Source: Eledone cirrhosa (Eukaryota). From it: 64,000 bases of DNA. Location of the stretch: the NCBI GenBank assembly GCA_964016885.1, contig OZ024742.1, positions 290,904,001-290,968,000 on the forward strand, in the 5' to 3' direction. Positions 23,510 through 36,800 of this stretch are shown here, piece after piece. A model generated the notes under the pieces. That model worked only from the letters and a program-made list of their open reading frames with translations. It had not been told where the DNA came from and did no database searches. The position numbers and the translations under genes are program-made. Numbering within the stretch: position 1 is the stretch's first letter; the number at the start of each line of letters is the position of its first letter.

Positions 23510-25265
23510 CGTCAATATACTGATGGAACGCGTCCAATCCACCGACCTACACTGCTTCGGGCTCACCACCACTGACATCCACCAACTCCTATCCATCGTT
23601 GTCGACAACACCTACTTCGGATTCCTTGACCAAACATACCAACAAACCTCGGGACTGCTCATGGGATCAAGCCTGTTGGGTGTGCTAGCGATCTCTTACA
23701 TGGACAACCTCGAGCGCAAGGCACTCAACGCTGCCACCCCAACGCCGTCGCCTTTTTCTCAAGGTACGTGGACGATATCCTTATCCTCACATCTTCCCAA
23801 GACACGGCGAACAGAATCTGAGACGTTCAACACGGACGAGAACATTGACTTCAGTGTTGAACAACCCAACGAAGACGGGTCACTTGCCCTCTCAACTTTC
23901 GAATCAACATCACGGAACAGGGAAGGATCCACTGCAACTTCTACCGAAAGGCAGCCTGCAGGGACCTGTTCGTCCACTACAAGTCCGCCCTCCCTAACAG
24001 TGCCAAAAGAGGATACATCACGAACGAGATCGCGCGAATCAAAAACAGATGCAGCGATCCCACGATTGGTGTCACTCATACCAAGCGATTCCTCGAGGTG
24101 CTGGAGACGAACGGGTACCCTACCTCGCTCACAGACAGAGTAGGAGACACCAGACACAAGAGACAGAGAGGCACCCAAGGCAAGTGCTTCCTTAAAATGC
24201 CACACCTGGGCGAGAATACCACCAACGCTATCCGCAAGGCTATACGGAGGGAGGGCCTCGACATCCACCTGGCCTCTCCCTGCGAAGATGCCTCTCCAGG
24301 AAACCCGGGAAATCAACTGACGCGTGCTCCCTCAGAGACTGCCCAATGCGCCATGCGAACTGTTGCCTACACACATACGTCGTGTATACGATAGAATGTA
24401 ACAAAGTGCAACCAATACTATATAGGTAGCGCAATCCGACCTTTGCACATCCAGATCAAGGAACACACTAAAACCAGGGCCTCGTCTTTCCGGAAACACA
24501 TAGGAAGCACTTTGGATCAAACGCCTAGAGCCACAAATAAACAATCGATCCAAGAGAAGCGAAATGAGGTGGTTGGTTTAAGTTAACAAACGATGCAGCA
24601 AGACACGCACACACACACAAGCGAGACAGCAACACACACACACACACAGTAGCATTCCACCATACGAACATACTACACTGCCAATACAGAGGAACAAGGC
24701 AACAACACACACACACACACTCAAGCGAGACAACACACGCACACACACACACACACAGTAACATTCAACAAACAGGCAGAGAATGGACTGACAGCTAGCG
24801 CCACCCCACTCCCACAATTAAAAGAACTACTTCAGCCGCTGACCTCTGCCCGACCGACCCCATTTCACGCGCACGCGCGCTCTGCTGAATACCTCAGATA
24901 TTCAAAACAACGAACAGCGAAGAACGCGTTTCACACCTTTCCAACAGACAACCTTTCCTCCACCCCGGAAAAAAACCCCAGTTGATGGATGTGAATCCGA
25001 AATATATAGGGACAATTAAATCTCTCCCAAGGTAACTCTCTCGTGTTGTTATTTTTATTTTATCCTTTATGCTCTTTCCTTCACTCCTCTACACGTCTTA
25101 TACACGCCATGCATCTCAACGTAGACCCATTTACATCTCTCTCTCCACCACCGGATCTTGTTACCCGGAGATTTACCCATTTGCATTGTCGAGGCTTCCA
25201 AACGACTTAAAGAAATTTAGCTTATTATTCCACAATGCTTCAAGCAAACTTAAATACTCTCTTAT
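23510..25265 (+). mobile_element. Penelope-like element 3' half (RT, GIY-YIG, terminal repeat)
   Basis: YQQTSGLLMGS..., RYVDDILI across a frameshift, VVYTIEC..C...YIG...R.L..(I)KEH at ~24375-24470; terminal repeat with a hammerhead-like motif at 24976-25011. Confidence 0.85.
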
Positions 25266-26169
25266 CCATACATATATATATATATATATATATCATCATC
25301 ATCATCAGGTTTAGCGTCCGTGTTCCACGCTTGCATGGGTTTGGACGGGGGTTTTCCCACTTGAGGCAAGAGTGGTTGTCTTGCTCGCGTAGGACTGTCT
25401 GGCGGGTATATATATATATTAATGAGCCTGTATATTTTAGGTAAATGATAACGAAAATAAAAATAAAAATAAGATAATAGATTTAGGCATGCTAAGGTTA
25501 AATATATACGTATATATGAAAGGGTGTAAATGCATTGATTATTCATAGTTCAAAATAAATGATAATCAATAAATTTAACTAAAAATTATGTATAGAATAA
25601 TATATGGAGGTTTATATGGATATAAATTAGGTATTATTGATATAAATTATGTATTATTGATACAGTATACTTTAGGTAAATAATAACAGTTATAATTTTA
25701 TATAATAAGGTTCAAAACGTGTTATAGTTAAATATATATATAAGAAAAGCAAGGAAAGTTTACACTGTTGAATATTTTCCTAAATATAAACTTTACCGAA
25801 GAATCAATTGTCAACTTATGGTATGTAAATCTTATGAAGTTCTTATTGTTAAAAATATTTAATTAACGATTATGTATATAGATATTTATTAATGAGCCAG
25901 TATAGTTTAGGTAAATGATAACGAAAAAAATATAATAGATTGAGGCATGCAAAGTTAAATATATACCGATATAACAGGGTGTAAATGCATTAATTATTCA
26001 TAGTTCAAAATAAATAATAATCAAAAACACATGAAAAATTCACAGTTAGAAATAAGTTCCATAAAAATGTATGGCTTGGATATTAAACTAAAATTTGATT
26101 ATATCCGTCTGACAACCAAGTTTTTAATGGTTAAGTGTTTCTCTCTCTTTTTTTTCTCGTTTTGTGGGA

Positions 26170-27500
26170 GGCTAAGAATGTGGACGTAGCTTTGTGGAGG
26201 CAACTAGAGAATAATTGACTGATTTAGTTCTAGTTCTTATCCGAGATTTATTTGGCGTATGGGTGTTTGAATTATAATTATTAGAGTTTTTCTTATATAT
26301 GTTATTATTTTTATTAAGATTAATACTTGGATTATTATTATCTACATATTTTATATTATGCATATATCTTGCTCTTTTTAAAGCGTTGTTGTAGTATTCA
26401 GCGTTTTCGTCAAATATATCTTTATTGGCTGATATTTTATTAATTCGTTTTTGCACACTATTTACTATAGCTTTTTTTTTACAGATTTAGGGTGATTGGA
26501 ATGGTTACTAACATAGTTTAAGTTTTCATTGGGCTTATGAAAAGGGTAATAGAAGCTAGTGTTTAAGTTAAAGGTAACGACTAGGAAATTAACTATTTTG
26601 GTATCATTTTCTTCTAACTTAAGGTCATACTTTTTAAAGAATTCTATTATACTTTTCTTTACTCTATTTAGTTCTATATTGTTGTGTTTGACCACGGTAA
26701 ATAAAATGTCGTCCCTATATAAACCACCGATAATCTCCGGCAGTTTTCTATTTATCATATTTAATATGAAAATTCCCAGAAGATCTGTGATTTGCGCGGA
26801 ATCGGATGCCCCCATAGTGATATCAAAATTTCTATCTGAGCGGGTCCAATATTCGTTGTTGAAGTTAATAAGAGTTCTTCTGGCTGTTAGTATTATGTCT
26901 ATTTTATCCGTAGTTATATCAGTATGCTTATAAGCATATGAAAGAGCCTTATTTAGAAGGTTAGGTGTTATGGAAGAATAGTAGCTAGTAATGTCCATCT
27001 GGATGAATTTATGGTTTTTCTTATCTTCTATATTCTTGTACCATTCTATGACTTCGTTTGTATCTTTCCATAAGCTCAAATTAGATCTCAATTTAAGGGT
27101 GGGTAATATTCTATCTATGATGTTTTTACTGATTACTTCAATATCCGATTTCGATGGAGCAATCGGTCTAACTGGCATCTCTTCCTTAAAGTTTCTTTTG
27201 TGATCCTTCAAGTTAATCCTGGGCTGTCTAGGTAAAAATGGCTCGGTTCTTCCTTCTATTCCTAAATTGGTAATTATTTTTTAGGCTTCTTCGTTAATTT
27301 CAGTAAGATCATCAGCCGGGGCTTTTTTGTAATTTTTCCTAAGTTCTTTTAAAATCAAATTGTTATATTCGTCTTTGTTTATCCCATATAAATTGTTTTG
27401 TCAGATTTAACCAATACTTTAACATTTTTTATTTCCGTGATTTTTTCTTTTAGAGTTCTAAGGTATTGGTGACCTATATATGGGTTTTTCCTAAATTTAA
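26170..27500 (-). mobile_element. Penelope-like RT fragment (second, AT-rich family)
   Basis: KDHK..F, DITSYYSSI, FDITMGASDSAQITDLLG, GLYRDD and FL.VTFNL...PFHKPN motifs. Confidence 0.88.
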
Positions 27501-27524
27501 TTTTTTATATACATATATATATGT

Positions 27525-28150
27525 AAAGAGGGATCAGATGTTGTTTACTCGAGAGAAGGCTACGTTGGTATGGTCACATGATGCGCATGAAAGACGACAG
27601 CTGTATAACAAAGTGCAGGGCAATAAAGATAGACGGTAGCCACGGAGTAGGCAGACCCAGAAAAACCTGGGACGACATGATAAATTCCGACCTCACACGC
27701 TTACATCTCTCCAAGACAATGTCACTGGACCGAGACCTTTGGCGGTACTCAGTAATAGAGAAGACCCGCCTTACCTAAATACAAAGTAAAACCTACTACA
27801 GTCAGTAGGCATCTCTAACAAACCCCCCCCCCCCACCCATCCACACCACCCCTTTCAATGTAAAGTTATGTTGGTGCCACAACATCCAGGCCGAAACAAA
27901 TGAGATCGTGTAGGTGTCACGACAAAAAACACACAGTCCACGCTGTAATGTGGCCGTGTAGGCAACACGGTAAAAACCTCCCAGACCCACACTGTAAATG
28001 TGGTTGGTGTTAGGAAGGGCATCCAGCTGTAGAAAACCCGCCAGACAGTCCTATGCGAGCAAGACAATCACTCTTGCCTTAAGTGGGAAAACCCCCGTCC
28101 AAACCCATGCAAGCATGGAACACGGACGTTAAACGTTGATGATGATGATG
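27525..28150 (+). mobile_element. RTE 3' fragment
   Basis: Near-identical to 19265-19915. Confidence 0.85.
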
Positions 28151-28539
28151 ATATATATATATATATGTATAGTTTTAATATAGATGAGATTCTACAGAAC
28201 TAGAACTGTTTCATTCTTTAGAAATCATCAGGAATCTGGCTTTCCAAAAGTAAATGTTGTGATATTTATATCTTTTCTGGTGGTAGGAGAGGGTGGGGAG
28301 TGGAATGGGTGGAGGTCATTGGTTGAAAGAAAAGGGAATTCATTAAAAGCTAATTCTTCAAAGCTATAATTTATATTTAGAGTGACAAAGGCAGAAAGAA
28401 TTCTATAAACAAGTTCAGAATGGAGTGCCACTCATTATTTTTAAGTTTCTCTTAAGCTAACAATGCCTATATTTCAGGTGTCTATAAGATGGTTGGGGGT
28501 CGGTCATGGTTGATGGATTTGAAGAAAAGGGCGGCAAAA

Positions 28540-29190
28540 CATAAATGAACTAAGTGAGAAATTAGGAATAAGAGGGATCAGATGCTGTTTACTTAAGAAA
28601 AGATTACGTTGGTATGGTCATTTGATGCGCATGAAAGATGACAGCTGTATAAAAAGTGCAGGGCGTTCAAAATTAATGGAAGTTATAAAGTAGGTAGACC
28701 CAGAAAAACCTGGGATGACATGATAAATTCCGACCTTGCACACTTGCACCTCTCTAAGACAATGTCACGATCAAGATCTTTGGTGCCATGCAGTAATACA
28801 GAAGATCCCTATGTGCAAAGTTAACCTACATTCAGTAGGCCCCTCCAAACCAAACATACACCCCAACCCACTACCCCTACTCCATCCTCCCACTCCCACC
28901 AACACCACCCTTTCTCTGTAAAGTTATGTTGATACCACAACATTCAGTCCAATCTAAAGAGGTCGTGTAGGTGTCATATAATGTGGCTGTGTAGGTAACA
29001 TGTTAAAAAGGTCCCAGACCACATTGTAAATGTGGTTGGTGTTAGGAAGGGCATCCAGCCGTAGAAAACCTGCCAGATAGTCCTATACATACGAGATACG
29101 GTCACCCGACCAATCTTGCCTCAAGTGGGACAAGTTATGTCTAACCCAGGCTAGTGTGGAAGATAGATGTTAAACGATGATGATGATGTG
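28540..29190 (+). mobile_element. RTE 3' fragment (older)
   Basis: RLRWYGH, GRPRKTW and 3' UTR motifs. Confidence 0.8.
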
Positions 29191-29743
29191 CAAGAAAGGA
29201 GATTGTGTTGGTATGGGCATGTGGTTCAAATGGTACAGAAATCCTAGTGTAAGAAAGACTGAGGAAAACCTGGGCAGAAATTATGAGAGCAACTCTCCAA
29301 AGTAAGAACCTCACAGAGAAGATAATAAAGGAACAAAACAAATGAGTTGAGGCTGGGCTGGAGAAGACTGTTTAATCATGGATTAACAGTTGTATAATGA
29401 TGATGATGATGATGATGAGGTGTGTGAGTGAAAAATGAGTTAGTTTTAGGAAGTAGTCTTCAACCTATTTGTATTTATTGTTGTTGTGGTATAAGCATGG
29501 TCACTGCCTTCAGTCGTTTTTCTTGGTGTCGCACTTTATTAATTGTTATGTTTACTCTGGAGGATAATGTTTAACTTCTCACTCCATTGAGTGCTTTGTG
29601 ATTGCAGCAAACAACTTTGGTAACTTGGATAGGTTTCAGGCAATGTCTTACTTAATATCATCATCAGGTGAAGTCTTTTACATCATATAGCAGTCATAAT
29701 TTGGGACAGCCTTGTAAAATAATATTTTTGTATTCATTTTCAG

Positions 29744-29868
29744 GAGGGACTCCATCAAAGACAACTGTTCCTGATTCACAACAAAAACATTTGTCTCCTA
29801 GCACCACTCTGGTATATTCAAAAAATATTGATATCAAAATAATGCTTGATTCAATTTCTAATATCTCT
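29744..29868 (+). CDS. PARP14: PARP14-like exon: linker and start of the second macrodomain (GTPSKTT...NIDIKIMLDSISNIS)
   Basis: Acceptor tattcattttcag, donor GTGAGT; phase 1 to 0; joins in frame to VDVIVNST of the next exon. Confidence 0.8.
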
Positions 29869-30826
29869 GTGAGTAAACAAATTTGTATCAAATATTTAAA
29901 TTTACTTATTTCATTTTCAAATAATAAACTATTTATGTTGACTGAAACAGTAAAATGCAACCTCTAAATTTTCTTCATATAACACTGTCAATCTTTTTAA
30001 CCGTTTTTCTACCAAACCAGCTGAAACTAGCCCTGGTTGTATGATACAAAACTATTGGTTTTTCAAGCAATTATATTTATCTAAAAACCTTCCACCATAT
30101 TTTATGCATAAACCTTAATTAAGAAACACCAGTTTAATAATCCCTTCTTTTTACTCCTTTTGTCCTTAATATCTGCTTTGTGTGTATTGTGGAAGGAGAT
30201 AACAGTGAATGATATGTTTCTAGGTCATGTGATTAGAAGCTATATCAGACTATTGGAGATGGTCAATGTGACATTCTTGAAGGGATTTCTTCATAGAATC
30301 CTTGTATCTTTCTTAATGTAATTACATTAATGACACCAGTCTTCCAATACTCTATATATGAGTCTAATAATACTAACATAATTATTACCTCCTCCTACTC
30401 CTTCTCATCATCATCATCATTTAACATCTATTTTACCTGCTTAGGTTGGACGGGTTGTCACAGACTAAGTATGTACTTAATTGATGCCATTAACCTTTCA
30501 GACAAGCTGGGAAACTAAATCTTGCTTACATACATTCCCGCATTGGGTGTCTTATTTTGGGACAGCAATAAAGAGGTTGCATATCTTTGACATGACTAAT
30601 AAATCCTCTTGACCCTTTGTTTAATAATTTCTTTCTTTCAGCTTGATACCCTTTCTTTCACCAACCAGTTCACAGAATATACCGTATGCATTTTATCATG
30701 CCACTAATACTACAGAGATTGATCTGTCATTGACACAACTGACGAGTCCTTTTGACACATAACAACAATATGTAATTATTTTCAGTGTCCAAATTTCTTA
30801 GCTGTTACCCTAATTTACTCTTGTAG

Positions 30827-31054
30827 GTTGATGTTATTGTTAACAGCACCAATAAAGAACTCAATCTTAATTCTGGTGGTATCTCCAAATTTATTTTGCA
30901 AACTGCTGGTCCACAGATACAAGAAGAGTGCAATGCAAATTATCCTCAAGGTATTTCTACATCTACAATAGCCGTCACAAAGGGCTATAACCTGAAATGT
31001 GAATATGTATTTCATGTTTATTTACCTGAATGGGATAAAGATAAAGCTGATGAA
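30827..31054 (+). CDS. PARP14: PARP14-like exon: macrodomain core (VDVIVNSTNKELNLNSGGISKFILQTAGPQIQEEC...TKGYNLKCEYVFHV)
   Basis: Acceptor ctcttgtag, donor GTAAGT, 76 codons, phase 0 to 0; classic macrodomain motifs. Translated by hand (not in the ORF track). Confidence 0.92.
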
Positions 31055-32567
31055 GTAAGTATCAATTAAATACCATATCATCACCATCATCAACGTCTCC
31101 ACCACCACCACAACCCCCACCACCACCACCATTGTCATTATTGCCATCATTATTTTCCATTCACTTTCTATGTTGACATAGGTTGGACAGATTGTCAGGG
31201 TTTGAGCTTTAAGAATCTCTTCAACAAACCTAACACTAGATGACTGGTTACCAAAGTGGGTTCTGCTGAACTCAAGGGTTCCGCAAAGGTGTGTCTGGGA
31301 TTCCATGAAAATGGTAGAGGAGTATATTTGTATTACAATCATATAACAGTATTAGACTTTGGGGTTCCCCGAATGTTTCTGAACCGAAAAGTGTTCCGTG
31401 TTTGAAAAGGTTTGGAAAAGCTTGCACTAGATGAAGAAATTCATTAAATCTAGAGGATTAATGAATGACAGATATTTGAATAGATTGGTAGACCAAGCCA
31501 CATATGAATATAGACCTGAATACAATGGAACACAAACTTCAGGCGCCATAGCTATTAAAAATACACAAACTGGACATAAAGTATACTACTCTCGGATCCA
31601 AAATGATAGGGAATAAGCTGGGAAGGTCAGTAACTTTTCTAGGTTGTCTCCATTGATTTTTTAGAAAACCAGAATTAGTTGTTTAGTTTACATATTGAGA
31701 CACCAAACCATCGTATTCATTCTATAATGTATGGGATTTCTAGTAATGAAATTTTTCTTTTCATGTATAATGTTTTTTAATGTCTAAAGAAAATTAATTG
31801 TCGCAGGAATGCTACTTAAAATAAAATTTCACCAGGGATAGAGTAGCAAAATTTAATAAGCAGGGGATTGGAAAAAAACTGAAAAATTAATAAGTGGTGG
31901 GGGATGATTATTTGAGACACCTGAGAATATATGAATCAAATGTCTACAAACTACAAGACAGATGAATATGTAATCATAAATTTGCATCACACCAAACCAT
32001 AAATTAACAGTTACAATGTACTAAAATGAATAAACTCCTTATTAACAGTATACAAACCTTGAAATGAATAACACGATTTATTCATTTGGTTACAAAAATG
32101 TAAGTTATAAACTTCATGAAAGCAACTGTTACATTGGCCATTAATGTATAACACACACATGAATGCTCACCATGCATTTACAAGAAGGAGAAATAGCAGC
32201 ACACTACACCACACACCATAAAATAAAGCTGGACAGGAGAACATTAATGAGAATACATCTGTATTATAGAGGATTCTAAACAAAAAAAAAACATTTAATC
32301 ATGGAAGAGATCAATATACATCATCATCATTTAAAGTCTATTTTCCCAGTCAAATGCTAATGAGGCAAACAACATACACATGTCATAAACATGAGACTTA
32401 TCAGGTAGAAGTCTAATGGTCAAACTTTAAGATTCATGTTCTGGTAAGAAAGCCATAGAATGCTGGAAAAGTAGGAACTGCATAAAATTTCATAAAGTAT
32501 ATTTGCCTACTTAAAAGAGGCAGTAAAAGTAAACCAGCAACATTCCTCATAATGAGACTGTATATAA

Positions 32568-33893
32568 TCATCATCATCACTTTACATCTACTTTTCCACA
32601 CTGGATCAGATGGGTCCTTTTCAGCACAGCCACTTTCTACTTGTTGCAATCTTTTATTGTCTCTACTATGAGTTTCAGTGATTTGAGATCAGCTCTTATG
32701 ACTTCTGCTCAGGTCTTCCTTGGTTTACCTCTACTGTGGCTTCCTTCCACTGGGATTTCTTGGCACTTCTTCACCTAGCAATCATCATCTATTCACATCA
32801 CATGTCTATACAAGCTCAGTCTTCTCTTCTGACTATAAATGTTTCCTCTTATACCTAGTTTCTATCTCAGTTCATACATGCTTAGTTTCTCATGCATATT
32901 AATATTGCACGTCCATGAAAGCATGATTACTTCATTTCTCTCCAGCCTTCACATACCCTCTGCAGTAACTGCTCATGTTTCACTACCAGGCAAGATTTTC
33001 AGATAGCATACAGGCATCATACACCTGACCTTTCATTCATAGAGAGAAACAACTTCTTGTCAACAGGGGTAGTAACTCTCTAAACTTCTTCCATCCTGTT
33101 CTTATTCTAGTTACTATGCTCCTTGAACACCCACCTCCTCTGCTAATTTTGTCACCTAGATAGCAGTAGCTATTAACCACCTCTACATATCCTACATAAA
33201 ATTGAAAAAGGTGTATATCTTTGACACTCTTACTATCAATTTTCCCTGAACATCTATTACATACAGAGTCTTTTTTCTTGTTAGTCTGCCTGTTACCCTG
33301 CTACACTTTTTATGTACCAAAGATTTACATTGTGTTCATAGTATAGAATTTCTACCTACTCATTTTCTACATATCAAGCATGGCTATTTTCCCTGTGGGA
33401 TCAGAGCCTTGTCTTATTTTCTACTTATTAACACTTTGGTTCTTGCTAGGTTTACTCACAGCTCTTTTGTTTCTAAGTTCTGTTTCCATAGACTAAAATT
33501 GTCCTAGTTCTTTTGTGAATTCAGCTATAAGAACCAGATCATTGGTATACAGAAATTCCCATGGGCAATCCATTTTAAACACTTTTGTTATGGCCTGAAG
33601 GACAGAAGTTGGCTGAGATCTGAGTTCTGATGTACTGCTACTTGTACTTTGAATTCCTTGCTAAATTTACTTCCTACTCCCACTTTACTAACAGCTCCTC
33701 TGTACATCACTTGCTATGCTCTCACAAGCCATTCTTCTACACCTAGTTTCCTTAAGGGCCACCAGATGATAAATTGTGGTACCCTGCCAAAAGCTTTCTT
33801 CAGCTCAACAAAAGCTAGATGTAGAGGCTTACTCTTAGCTAAGAACTTCTCTTGTAGTTGTCTCATCTGTAGTACTCCTCCCTGGCACACAAT
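32568..33893 (-). mobile_element. Degenerate RTE LINE (RT to 3' end)
   Basis: RQLQEKFLAK..PLHLAFV.L.KAF.RVP, GCPWEFLY and (CAT)n end. Confidence 0.85.
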
Positions 33894-33894
33894 A

Positions 33895-36800
33895 TTGTTG
33901 GTTACTGCCTTGTTGGGACTTGCTGTACTGTTGGTTGCCTTGTTGGAACTTGCTGTACTGTTGGTTACTGCCTTGTTGGAACTTGTTGTACTGTTGGTTG
34001 CTGCCTTGTTGGAACTTGTTGTACGGTTGGTTACTGCCTTGTTGGGACTTGCTGTACTGTTGGTTACTGCCTTGTTGGAACTTGCTGTACTGTTGGTTAC
34101 TGCCTTGTTGGAACTTGTTGTACTGTTGGTTACTGCCTTGTTGGAACTTGCTGTACTGTTGGTTACTGCCTTGTTGGAACTTGCTGTACTGTTGGTTACT
34201 GCCTTGTTGGAACTTGCTGTACTGTTGGTTACTGCCTTGTTGGAACTTGTACTGTTGGTTACTGCCTTGTTGGGACTTGCTGTACTGTTGGTTACTGCCT
34301 TGTTGGGACTTGCTGTACTGTTGGTTACTGCCTTGTTGGAACTTGCTGTACTGTTGGTTACTGCCTTGTTGGGACTTGCTGTACTGTTGGTTACTGCCTT
34401 GTTGGAACTTGCTGTACTGTTGGTTATTGCCTTGTTGGGACTTGCTGTACTGTTGGTTACTGCCTTGTTGGAACTTGCTGTACTGTTGGTTACTGCCTTG
34501 TTGGGTCTTGCTGTACTGTTGGTTACTGCTTTGTTGGGACTTGATCTACTGTTGGTTACTGCCTTGTTGGGACTTGATCTACTGTTGGTTACTGCCTTGT
34601 TGGAACTTGCTGTATTGTTGGGATTTGTTGTACTGTTGGTTACTGCCTTATTGGGACTTGCTGTACTGTTGGTTACTGCCTTGTTGGGACTTGCTGTACT
34701 GTTGGTTACTGCCTTGTTGGGACTTGATCTACTGTTGGTTACTGCCTTGTTGGAACTTGCTGTATTGTTGGGATTTGTTGTACTGTTGGTTACTGCCTTA
34801 TTGGGACTTGCTGTACTGTTGGTTACTGCCTTGTTGGGACTTGCTGTACTGTTGGTTACTGCCTTGTTGGGACTTGCTGTATTGTTGGTTACTGCCTTGT
34901 TGGGATTTGTTGTACTGTTGGTTACTGCCTTGTTGGAACTTGCTGTACTGTTGGTTACTGCCTTGTTGGAACTTGCTGTACTGTTGGTTGCCTTGTTGGA
35001 ACTTGCTGTACTGTTGGTTACTGCCTTGTTGGAACTTGTTGTACTGTTGGTTGCTGCCTTGTTGGAACTTGTTGTACTGTTGGTTACTGCCTTGTTGGGA
35101 CTTGCTGTACTGTTGGTTACTGCCTTGTTGGAACTTGCTGTACTGTTGGTTACTGCCTTGTTGGAACTTGTTGTACTGTTGGTTACTGCCTTGTTGGAAC
35201 TTGCTGTATTGTTGGGATTTGTTGTACTGTTGGTTACTGCCTTATTGGGACTTGCTGTACTGTTGGTTACTGCCTTGTTGGGACTTGCTGTACTGTTGGT
35301 TACTGCCTTGGGACTTGATCTACTGTTGGTTACTGCCTTGTTGGAACTTGCTGTATTGTTGGGATTTGTTGTACTGTTGGTTACTGCCTTATTGGGACTT
35401 GCTGTACTGTTGGTTACTGCCTTGTTGGGACTTGCTGTACTGTTGGTTACTGCCTTGTTGGGACTTGCTGTATTGTTGGTTACTGCCTTGTTGGGATTTG
35501 TTGTACTGTTGGTTACTGCCTTGTTGGAACTTGTTGTACTGTTGGTTGCTGCCTTGTTGGAACTTGTTGTACTGTTGGTTACTGCCTTGTTGGGACTTGC
35601 TGTACTGTTGGTTACTGCCTTGTTGGAACTTGCTGTACTGTTGGTTACTGCCTTGTTGGAACTTGTTGTACTGTTGGTTACTGCCTTGTTGGAACTTGCT
35701 GTACTGTTGGTTACTGCCTTGTTGGAACTTGCTGTACTGTTGGTTACTGCCTTGTTGGAACTTGCTGTACTGTTGGTTACTGCCTTGTTGGAACTTGTAC
35801 TGTTGGTTACTGCCTTGTTGGGACTTGCTGTACTGTTGGTTACTGCCTTGTTGGGACTTGCTGTACTGTTGGTTACTGCCTTGTTGGAACTTGCTGTACT
35901 GTTGGTTACTGCCTTGTTGGGACTTGCTGTACTGTTGGTTACTGCCTTGTTGGAACTTGCTGTACTGTTGGTTATTGCCTTGTTGGGACTTGCTGTACTG
36001 TTGGTTACTGCCTTGTTGGAACTTGCTGTACTGTTGGTTACTGCCTTGTTGGGTCTTGCTGTACTGTTGGTTACTGCCTTGTTGGGACTTGATCTACTGT
36101 TGGTTACTGCCTTGTTGGGACTTGATCTACTGTTGGTTACTGCCTTGTTGGAACTTGCTGTATTGTTGGGATTTGTTGTACTGTTGGTTACTGCCTTATT
36201 GGGACTTGCTGTACTGTTGGTTACTGCCTTGTTGGGACTTGCTGTACTGTTGGTTACTGCCTTGTTGGGACTTGATCTACTGTTGGTTACTGCCTTGTTG
36301 GAACTTGCTGTATTGTTGGGATTTGTTGTACTGTTGGTTACTGCCTTATTGGGACTTGCTGTACTGTTGGTTACTGCCTTGTTGGGACTTGCTGTACTGT
36401 TGGTTACTGCCTTGTTGGGACTTGCTGTATTGTTGGTTACTGCCTTGTTGGGATTTGTTGTACTGTTGGTTACTGCCTTATTGGGACTTGCTGTACTGTT
36501 GGTTACTGCCTTGTTGGGACTTGCTGTACTGTTGGTTACTGCCTTGTTGGAACTTGTTGTACTGTTGGTTACTGCCTTGTTGGAACTTGTTGTACTATTG
36601 GTTACTGCCTTGTTGGAACTTGTACTGTTGGTTACTGCCTTGTTGGGACTTGCTGTACTGTTGGTTACTGCCTTGTTGGGACTTGCTGTACTGTTGGTTA
36701 CTGCCTTGTTGGAACTTGCTGTACTGTTGGTTACTGCCTTGTTGGGACTTGCTGTACTGTTGGTTACTGCCTTGTTGGAACTTGCTGTACTGTTGGTTAT

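Noticed and set aside
31431-31616. 61-aa ORF MKKFIKSRG...
   Set aside because: No recognisable domain and no splice sites that fit the gene model.
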